Program-made: the position numbers and the translations under genes
Source of the DNA: Heterodontus francisci
Lineage: Eukaryota
Assembly (NCBI RefSeq): GCF_036365525.1
Contig: NC_090419.1
Location: 11,718,001 to 11,782,000 of the forward strand
Length of the DNA stretch: 64,000 bases
Direction of reading: 5' to 3'
Part shown: positions 43,586 through 64,000 of the stretch, one piece after another
Numbering within the stretch: the stretch's first letter is position 1
Layout of the letters: every line of letters starts with the position of its first letter
The notes under the pieces: model-generated
The model's database searches: none
The model's input: only the letters and a program-made list of their open reading frames with translations
What the model was told of the DNA's origin: nothing

Positions 43586-45820
43586 GTTTTATTACTTTAG
43601 AAAGTACAAAGATTTTAACGTTTATTCATATTGATCTTATAACTATTATTGAAGTAAATAAATTTATTGTAAATGATTTTGGAAGTGTGTCTCATTAAAA
43701 CACAAATGCACGAGAAGAGATTGAGAAACACGGTGTAAAAGAAGATAGAAGATGATCAATGGTCCCAGAAAGTGGGTTAATCAAACTCCACAGAGATGCA
43801 GGCCAAGTGTCACACAGCATTTCAATCATTAAAACACTATCCTAGAGTAGAGGTGGATCCTAGTGATAATGGGTCTAGTTGATTTGTGTTTGCTTGATGG
43901 GTTTTACAAGCAGGGATCTGATAGACTGTTTCAGATCGATTGAAAACTGAATATCGGATATTGGGTTGAGGGGAATCTGATTAATAGGGTCTGATAAATG
44001 TGGGTTTGATAGATACTGGTCATTGATAGAATTCACAGATTGGAAGCTGATAGATCGGGGAGAATTCTTGACAGTCTAATCGATGGGGAGCAGATTGGTG
44101 GGGATGTGAGAGATGAGGATCTGATTATTGGGGATTAGATTGAGGGGAATCTGTTCAATGGGGGTGGGATCGGTGGGAATTTGACTGATGGGATAGAAAA
44201 CACGTTGATCTGATTGGTCATACTATTGATGTCTCCCAGATTGCGATGTGAGAGATGGTGGCCTGATAAGTGTGGATCGAATCGATGGCGAAAAATTGAT
44301 CGGGAATATGATTGATTGGGAAGAGATTTTTGTGAATCTGATAGATGGTGACCGGTTGATGTGGGTCCTTGCTGGGTGTCACAGGTTGGGACCACATCAA
44401 TGGGAATCTGATAGATTTGACTCATGGGACTGTAATAAACTGAGGTCATCCATCTGCTGGCAGTGGATCTGATAGATGTAAATCCTGGCCTGCTGGATTG
44501 GAATGTGATTGATGGGGTTCTGATCATTGTGGTCTTATTGACGGGAATGAGATTGAGTGGAATCTGATAGAAGGGGCTGATTAATGGGGAACTCGATGAT
44601 GGATGATTGAATGATGGGGATCTGTTTATCAGCTGGATTGATAGGGTGTAGTTGCCAGGGCTGTTATAGATGGGGGTTTGTTTGACGGTTGCCTGATTAA
44701 TGGGGAGGTCATGAATGTGCATCGGATTGACAGGCCTCTGACTCATCTCAATCTGATTGGGGGAGATCAAAGAAGGCCTGATTAATGAGAGTCTGGTTGA
44801 TGATAATGTGTTTATGGGGCCTGGTTTATGGAGTTAAGATTGATGATGGTCTTTAAAATGGGGTCTAATTGATGAGGGTATGATGATCAGGTTCTGATTG
44901 TTGGAGGTCTGATACATGAGGGTTTGACTGATGACAGTCTGTTGGACAGGGTGTGTGATAGTACGGGTCTGATTACGAGGAGTTTGATAGTTGGCGCCTC
45001 ACTGATGGTAATCTGGTAGATGGTTGATTGGCGGGTATCTGTTGGAAGGGGGTCTGATCGCTGCGGTCTGTTTGATGGTAATCTGAGTGAAGGAAATCTG
45101 ATAGATGCACTCTAATTGATGGAGGACTCATTGATGGGGATGTGAATGATGTTGTATACTGGGCCAGGCTCTGATGGTTGTGGCTCTGCAAGAAAGATGT
45201 GGGTTGATAGATTCCAGCATTTTGCGTGCGAATTTCAAATTTACAGCATTTATTTCTCAATAGACTCCAATTGTTGCATTGTCAAAGACAACCACATATT
45301 GGTAATTGAATCAGTAAAGCAATCAGTAATTAAATAACACAAGATGCTCTTATAGTTCTCAAAGACCAATGGATTTGTCAACATGCACAACATATTGACA
45401 GGAGCTGCGAGAATAAGAGGACATTATGGTAAGAACACGTGTTACAATGCGGAGAGTGAGGGTATTCCACACAGATAGAACGGTCCACAGGGCTCTGATT
45501 GATGGGGGCTGATTAACGGGGGCTTGAGCTGGGATCTGATTGATCATCGCTTGAAATGGGGGACTGATAGACAAAGCTCATCTCCCTGGTTACCTGGTGC
45601 TCCTCCCATAATCAATTGTGGTGAGCACTCGGCCCCGCCCTTTGCACAAAGCAGCCAATCAGCGCTGTGCACAGTCATGCCTTCTTTGCTGGGTTTCTCC
45701 AAGCCTTTTGTTCCCACAGACCAATCAGACCTCGAGTTGGCAAAATATGCTGCGGTATAAATAGCGCGAACGGCAACATCCGCAACACATTGAGAGCAGC
45801 TGCGAGAATAGAAGGACATT

Positions 45821-49023
<3,203 letters not shown>

Positions 49024-52000
49024 GATTTATTCATTTAGAATGTTAAAATAGTTTAATTAAATTTCTCAGACTTATTAATGTAGAGAGTCCAAAGCTTTAA
49101 CTTAATTTCAAATCGATGTTAATAATCATAATTATGAAAATAAATGTATTTGCAAATAATTTTTGAATTGTGTCCTTTTGAATGCTAAGAATATACAAGA
49201 GGTTGGAAAACACGGTGTGATAATACTTGAAGTTCAAAGAGGATCATTGAAGCCAGAACGGGAGTTCATAAAACCCGCAGGATCCTGCAATTAGAACACA
49301 TTTTACTTTCGGGGGCACCCGAGAGGGTGTTAGACCTCGCAAAGGGGCCTCTAGCCTGTTCTCTCGTTCATCTCTACCTTCATGTTACTGCCTTTGTCAG
49401 TTCACTTTTCCCCTTTCTCTCTCTTCCTTTCTCTCTCTCCACCCTGCATCAGTCTCCCTTCCTCTGTCTCCCTCCCGCTTTATCTCTCTCCCTCTCCTGC
49501 TGCTGATTCATCCTGCTTCCATTTCACAGCGGCCTGCTGGCCTTCCAGCACCTTGCCACAATGGATAATCTTAGCACCGGGGCCTTGTCACTCCATCCCA
49601 TCCTTGATCCTCGCACACGCCCTCTCCCACAGACATGTCCATCCCAATCAGGGCACCATAGTGTCATGGTTATGGTACTGGATCCAGGGCTTCTGTCCTC
49701 AAAGACCATCAGTCAAGTAGTGTCATTGAATCCAATAAATCGGTGAGTTTACACCATGCCCACTGACCATAAAGGTTTGGCGAACGATCATCAAATTCCA
49801 ACAGACTCAATATCTCCCTTCATGGGAAGGGAAACTGCCACTCGTGACACTGCTGAGCCCACATGTGACCCCAGTCCTATCATGTGTGCGTGACCCTTAA
49901 ACCATATTGCAAGCCGCTCCGTCGTAAGAACAGTTCCTGTTGAGAAGGTCAACTCCATGTTCTGGGAGAATTTCGAATGGGCAATGAATGCCAGCCTTGG
50001 CAGAGATACTCAGATCCTGAGAACAAAACATTTCAATGGCTGGTCTGTCATACCTAGCTCAGGGGTGCCCCACTGAGGACAACGACGGGGATGGTGTATA
50101 TAGGTAGAGTCAATGTCCAGTTCTGTAACTTCATTCTTCTGTTTGGGAATTACCAGCAAGGCCGGAGTTTGACTGTGGACTGTATATATTTGGTTAGAGC
50201 TAATGAGTGTGAGGAGGAGCTTTTACCTTGCCATGTCTATACTGTAAAGCACCAAATAGAAGGAAGACAGTGGAGGAGTAAATTGGAAGGAACATTTCTG
50301 AAAAATGATTAAAAAATATAGTAGTAATAATGGGGGAACATCCATGATCCAAATTCCTATAGGGACGCCGGAAAGGCTTGCAAACCTGGAGCTACCTGGA
50401 TGACTAAAGAAATTGAGATGAAAAAGAAAGAGGAAAAGGTCGCTAACAATTAATATCAGTTTCATAATATGTTATTCAAGCTGTGTACTGAAAGTGCAGA
50501 GGAGAACTGGATAAAAGAATGGATGGGCAAAGAGAATGCATAAGAATAGATCAATAGGTAATATTAAAGGGATCACCAAAGCCTTTTTTAAGCAGATAAA
50601 AAGTAAAAGATAGTCGAAGAAAGGTTTGGGCAGATTGAGGACCTGAAATGAAATCTCTCTGTGAAGGCAAAGGACATCACCAGGGTACTTAATGAGTGCT
50701 TTGCATGTGTCTTCACTGAATCAGAGAGATGAAATCTGACAGATTGTGTCTGATATATAGGGATCTGATGGATGATGTTTGGATGGGTAGTTGTCTGACA
50801 GATGGTCGTCTGAAAGATGTCGATCTGTTAGATGTGTTTCTGATTGGTGGAGTCTGATGGACGTGGGGAGGCGAGATGTTGGTCTGATAGATGGGGGCGG
50901 GGTCTGATTGATTGGCGTGTGATACATGGGGATCTGACAGACCGGGGTCTGATGGGAGGGTGTGCGTGTGAGCGGGGAGGGGGGGGGGGGGGGGGTAGGG
51001 GAGTGTTCTGATTGGTTTGAGCTGATAGAAGGGCTGTGACGCGTGGTTGCCTGGTGAATGTGGTTTTGAGAGATGGGGTCTTTTAGATGGGGTCTGATAG
51101 AGTGTGACTACGTGTTTCTGATGAGGATCTGGGCGATAAGAGAGTGATAGATGGGGAGCTGATAGATGGGCGTCTCATAGATGAGATCTGATCGATATGC
51201 GTCTGATAGATGAGATTTGCTGGTCGTCGGTTTGTTAGCAGTAGATGAATGAGGTATCGATCTGATGGATAACTGTCACTGATGCAGCTCTGATCGGTTG
51301 GTGCCTGATAGATGAGGTCTGGTACATGGGGATGGATAGATGTGGGTCTGGTAGCTGGAGCCGGTCAGGAGGGTGTCTGATAGATGGAGATGTCAGAGTT
51401 GGGGCCTGAAAGATATTGTCACGGTTGATGTGGGATCTCTCAGAAGACGTCTGAAGCATGTGGTCTGATAGATGGCTATCTGATATGTGGGGAAATGATA
51501 GTTAGGGGACATTTAGATCGTGTCTGATAGATGGGGCTCTGATAAACGGTGTTCTGAATGATTCGGAGTAGATGAAGCGGGTCTGATAGATGTGGAATTT
51601 ATTTAGTTGGGATCTGTCAGATGTGTAGTTGATAGATGATGAATGACAGATATTGTCTGGCAGGTGTAAGTCTGTTTTTGGGGGGTGAGACAGAAGTGGG
51701 TCTGCGGATGGTGATCTAATAGATGTGGTGTGACATATGTGGGTCTGATAGAAGAGAATCTGATAGATGGAATGATGAGGATATGACATATGGATGGAAT
51801 CTAATGGATTGAGTCTGATCGATGGAGTCTAATTGACACCGGTCTGGTGGATGTGGGTGTTAAGGCTGGGCCCACACAGACGCGGGACAGATGCATAGGG
51901 ATCTGATACATGGTGGACTGATAGTTGGGGTCTGGCTGATGTGACTTTGAGAGATGGGAGCTGATACATGTGGATCTGATCGATGTGGGTCTAACAGAGG

Positions 52001-52176
52001 TGTCTAATAGATACAGTCAGACAGCTGGGGTCCTGGTGGATTGGTATCAAACAGACGGGCTCTGAAAATGTTGGTCTTGATAACCGCGGGCTTGATGGGA
52101 TGTCGTTGATAGATACAGTCTGATACGGTCTGATGAGTGGAGATGGGCTCTGACAGATGTAGGTGCAGTACATGGG

Positions 52177-52249
52177 TGGTTGATGGTCGGCACAGACTCG
52201 GTGGGCCGAAGGGCCTGTTTCAGTGCTGTATCTCTAAACTAAACTAAAC
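52177..52249 (+). mobile_element. Second copy of the 73-bp CR1 3'-end insertion with TACATGGG TSD
   Basis: Same sequence and TSD (52169-52176, 52250-52257) as 12021-12093; offset 40,156 bp, identical to the A1-A4 offset. Confidence 0.8.
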
Positions 52250-52965
52250 TACATGGGGAGCTAATACATGGGAGCGGCTGAAATGTATCAGATAATTGGT
52301 TTTAAAGAGTTGAGGGTCTGATGGATGGTCTTCTGATATATGGGTTCTGAATGATGTTAAACGGGGATCTGATGGTAGCGGTCTGAAAGATGTGAGTATG
52401 ATAGAGTAGGTATAGTTGACACTGGAATGAAGAATGATAGGGTTCTGATCGATGTTAGTTGCACAGATTGTGTCTGATGGATGGGGACTGATTGATGTAT
52501 GTCTGAGTGATGGGAATCTGAAAGAAGAGAGTCAGATAGAAAAGGGTCTGACAGGCAGCAGTCATCTGATGGATAGTGGTCTGATATATGGAATGGGTGG
52601 AGTCTGTTGGGGTCTGATTGACGGGGGCCGGATGGATGGGGTCTGATTAACCGGGTGTGAATGAAGTGTTCTGGTTGATCACGGTTTGAGATGGGGGTCT
52701 GATAAAAAAAGCTCGTCTCCCTTGTTGCCCAGTGCTCCTCACATCATCAATTGTGGCCAACACTTGGTCCCGCCTTTTACACAAAACAGCCAATCATCCC
52801 TGAGGACCAACGTTCCATTTATGTTGATGTTTCTCCAAGCAACCGGAGCCCTTTGTTCTCACAGACCAATAAGAAGTCGAGTTGGCTTCGGAGAATGAGG
52901 TATAAATAGGGCGAGCAGCAACATAGGCAACACATTGACAGGAGCTGCGAGAATAGAAAGACATT

Positions 52966-56326
<3,361 letters not shown>

Positions 56327-58570
56327 GTTTTATTAGTTTAGAAATTACAAAGATTTTAACGTTTATTCATATTGATCTTATAACTATTATTGAAGTAAAT
56401 AAATTTATTGTAAATGATTTTGGAAGTGTGTCTCATTAAAGCACAAATGCACGAGAAGAGATTGAGAAACACGGTGTAAAAGAAGATTGAAGATGATCAA
56501 TGGTCCCAGAAAGTGGGTTAATCAAACTCCACAGAGCTGCAGGCCAAGTGTCACACAGCATTTCAATCATTAAAACACTGTCCTAGAGTAGAGGTGGATC
56601 CTAGTGATAATGGGTCGAATTGATTTGTGTTTGATTGATGGGTTTTACAAGCAGGGATCTGATAGACTGTTTCAGATCGATTGGAAACTGAATATCGGAT
56701 ATTGGGTTGAGGGGAATCTGATTAATAGGGTCTGATAAATGTGGGTTTGATAGATACTGGTCATTGATAGAATTCACAGATTGGAAGCTGATAGATCGGG
56801 GAGAATTCTTGACAGTCTAATCGATGGGGAGCAGATTGGTGGGGATGTGAGAGATGAGGATCTGATTATTGGGGATGAGATTGAGGGGAATCTGTCCAAT
56901 GGGGGTGGGATCGGTGGGAATTTGACTGATGGGATAGAAAACACGTTGATCTGATTGGTCATACTATTGATGTCTCCCTGATTGTGATGTGAGAGATGGT
57001 GGCCTGATAAGTGTGGATCTAATCGATGGCGAAAAATTGATCGGGAATATGATTGATTGGGAAGAGATTTTTGTGAATCTGATAGATGGTGACCGGTTGA
57101 TGCGGGTCCTTGCTGGGTGTCACAGGTTGGGACCACATCAATGGGATTCTGATAGATTTGACTCATGGGACTGTAATAAACTGAGGTCATCCATCTGCTG
57201 GCAGTGGATCTGATAGATGTAAATCCTGGCCTGCTGGATTGGAATGTGATTGATGGGGTTCTGATCATTGCGGTCTTATTGACGGGAATGAGATTGAGTG
57301 GAATCTGATAGAAGGGGCTGATTAATGGGGAACTCGATGATGGATGATTGAATGATGGGGATCTGTTTATCAGCTGGATTGATAGGGTGTAGTTGCCAGG
57401 GCTGTTATAGATGGGGGTTTGTTTGACAGTTGCCTGATTAATGGGGAGGTCATGAATGTGCATCGGATTGACAGGCCTCTGACTCATCTCAATCTGATTG
57501 GGGGAGATGAAAGAAGGCCTGATTAATGAGAGTCTGGTTGATGATAATGTGTTTATGGGGCCTGGTTTATGGAGTTAAGATTGATGATGGTTTTTAAAAT
57601 GGGGTCTAATTGATGAGGGTATGATGATCAGGTTCTGATTGTTGGAGGTCTGATACATGAGGGTTTGACTGATGACAGTCTGTTGGACAGGGTGTGTGAT
57701 AGTACGGGTCTGATTACGAGGAGTTTGATAGTTGGCGCCTCACTGATGGTAATCTGGTAGATGGTTGATTGGCGGGTATCTGTTGGAAGGGGGTCTGATC
57801 GCTGCGGTCTGTTTGATGGTAATCTGAGTGAAGGAAATCTGATAGATGCACTCTAATTGATGGAGGACTCATTGATGGGGATGTGAATGATGTTGTATAC
57901 TGGGCCAGGCTCTGATGGTTGTGGCTCTGCAAGAAAGATGTGGGTTGATAGATTCCAGCATTTTGTGTGCGAATTTCAAATTTCCAGCATTTATTTCTCA
58001 ATCGACACCAATTGTTGCTTTGTCAAAGACAACCACATATTGGTAATTGAATCAGTAAAGCAATCAGTAGTTAAATAACACAAGATGCTCTTATAGTTCT
58101 CAAAGACCAATGGATTTGTCAACATGCACAACATATTGACAGGAGCTGCGACAATAGAAGGACATTTTGGTAAGAACACGTGTTGCAATGCAGAGAGTGA
58201 GGGTGTTTCACACAGATAGAACGGTCCACAGGGCTCTGATTGATGGGGGCTGATTAACGGGGGCTTGAGCTGGGATCTGATTGATCATCGCTTGAAATGG
58301 GGGACTGAGAGACAAAGCTCATCTCCCTGGTTACCTGGTGCTCTTCCCATAATCAATTGTGGCGAGCACTCGGCCCCGCCCTTTGCACAAAGCAGCCAAT
58401 CAGCGCTGTGCACAGTCATGCCTTCTTTGCTGGGTTTCTCCAAGCAACAAGAGCCTTTTGTTCCCACAGACCAATCAGACCTCGACTTGGCAAAATATGC
58501 TGCGGTATAAATAGCGCGAACGGCAACATCCGCAACACATTGAGAGGAGCTGCGAGAATAGAAGGACATT

Positions 58571-61768
<3,198 letters not shown>

Positions 61769-64000
61769 GATTTATTCATTTAGAATGTTAAAATAGTTTA
61801 ATTAAATTTCTCAAGTCGCAAACAGACGTATTAATGTAGAGAGTCCAAAGCTTTAACTTAATTTCACATCGATGTTAATAATCATAATTATGAAAATAAA
61901 TGTATTTGCAAATGATTTTTGAACTGTGTCCGTTTGAATGCTAAGAATATACAAGAGGTTGGAAAACACGGTGTGATAATACTTGAAGTTCAAAGAAGAT
62001 CAATGAAACCAGAACGGATCCTGGAATTAGAACACATTTTACTTTCGGGGGCACCCGAGAGGGTGTTAGACCTCGCAAAGGGGCCTCTAGCCTGTTCTCT
62101 CGTTCACCTCTACCTTCATGTTACTGCCTTTGTCAGTTCACATTTCCCCTTTCTCTCTCTTCCTTTCTCTCTCTCCACTCTGCATCAGTCTCCCTTCCTC
62201 TGTCTCCCTCACACTTTATCTCCCTCCCTCTCCTGCTGCTGATTCAACCTGCTTCCATTTCACAGCGGCCTGCTGGCCTTCCAGCACCTTGCCACAATGG
62301 ATAATCTTAGCACCGGGGCCTTGTCAGTCCATCCCATCCTTGATTCTCGCACACGCCCTCTCCCACAGACATGTCCATCCCAATCAGGGCACTATCGTGT
62401 CATAGTTATGGTACTGGATCCAGGGCTTCTGTCCTCAAAGACCATCAGTCAAGTAGTGTCATTGAATCCAATAAATTGGTGAGTTTACACCATGCCCACT
62501 GACCATAAAGGTTTGGCGGACGATCATCAAATTCCAACAGACTCAATAACTCCCTTCATGGGAAGTGAAGCTACCACTCGTGACACTGCTGAGCCCACAT
62601 GTGACCCCAGTCCTATAATGTGCTTGACCCTTAAACCACATTGCAAGCCGCTCCGTTGTAAGAACGGTTCCCATTGAGAAAGTCAACTCCATGTTCTTGG
62701 GAGAATTGCGAATGGGCAATGAATGCCAGCCTTGGCCGAGATGCTCAGATCCTGAGAACAAAACATTTCAATGGCTGGTCTGTCATCCTAGCTCAGGGGT
62801 GCCGACATTGAGGGCAACGACGGGGATGGTGTATATAGGTAGCGTCAATGTCTAGTTCTGTAACTTCATGCTTCTGATTTAGGAATTACCAGCAAGGCCG
62901 GAGTTTGACTGTGGACTGTATCTATCTGGTTCGAGCTAATGAGTGTGAGGAGGAGCTTTTACCTTGCCATGTCTATACTGTAAAGCACCAAATAGAAGGA
63001 AGACAGTGGAGGAGTAAATTGGAAGGAACAGTTCCGATAAATGGTAAAACAATAGAGTAATAATAATGGGAGAACATCAATGATCCTAATTCCTATCAGG
63101 GGGACAGGAAGGGCTTGCAATCCTGGAGCTACCTGGATGACTAAAAGAAATGGAGATGAAAAAGAAAGAGGAAAAGGTCGCTAACAATTAATATCAGCTT
63201 CATAATATGTTATTCAAGCTGTGTACTGAAAGTGCAGAGGAGAACTGGATAAAAAAAATGGATGGGAAAAGAGAATGCATAAGAATAGATCAATAGGTAA
63301 TATAAAAGGGATCACCAAAGCCTTTTTTTAAGCAGATAAAGAGTAAAAGGGTAGTGGAAGACAAATTTGAGCTGATTGAGGACCTGAAATGAAATCTCTC
63401 TGTGAAGGCAAAGGTCATCACCAGGGTACTTAATGAGTGCTTTGCATGTGTCTTCACTGAATCAGAGAGATGAAATCTGACAGATTGTGTCTGATATATA
63501 GGGATCTGATGGATGATGTTTGGATGGGTGGATGTCTGACAGATGGTCGTCTGAAAGATGTCGATCTGTTAGATGTGTTTCTGATTGGTGGAGTCTGATG
63601 GACGTGCGGCGACCAGATGTTATTCTGATAGATGGGGGCGGGGTCTGATTGATTGGCGTGTGATACATGGGGATCAGACTGACCCGGGTCTGATGGGAGG
63701 GTGCGGGTGTGCGGCGGGTGGGGGCGGGGTTTTGATTGGTTGGATCTGATCGAAGAGGTATGAGGCGTGGATGTCTGATCGAGATGGTTTTGAGAGATGA
63801 GGTCTTACAGATGGGGTCTGATAGAGAGCGGTTCCGTGTCTCATTGATGAGGGACTGGTCGATAAGGGAGTGATAGATGGGGAGCTGATAGATGGGCGTC
63901 TCAAAGATGAGATCTGATCGATATGCGTCTGATAGATGAGATTTGCTGGTCGTCGGTTTGTTAGCAGTAGATGAATGAGGTATCGATCTGATGGATAACT

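Overview
Eukaryotic (vertebrate) DNA. The CR1, L2, Deu-type SINE and Penelope-like repeats resemble those of cartilaginous fish (shark); this assignment is an inference. Almost the whole window is a tandem array of divergent alpha-tubulin genes. From about 12.8 kb to 61.8 kb there are eight apparently intact 5-exon genes on the + strand (exons 3/223/149/681/297-300 nt, all GT-AG). They alternate strictly between two isotypes, A (450 aa) and B (451 aa), in a ~12.7 kb A+B unit. At the left the array flips orientation: two B copies lacking exons 1-3 sit head-to-head around a ~0.7 kb spacer (6205-6900), and an inverted A promoter/exon 1 runs off the left edge. The proteins keep the MREC start, GGGTGSG and E254. 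They have an unusual tail without a terminal Tyr and with RR (DSS[S/Y]LDRRAEEEE[E]) and a remodelled helix H11. Three of the four A genes encode Gln at position 40, the usual acetylation-site Lys. Spacers hold long strand-biased TCTGATAGATG-rich sequence and old CR1/SINE remnants. Unit-specific young insertions are a 1.2 kb CR1 RT, a 73-bp CR1 tail, and a 101-bp Penelope-like fragment with a minimal hammerhead ribozyme core. Coordinates were counted by hand; repeat family names come from motif recognition, not database searches.
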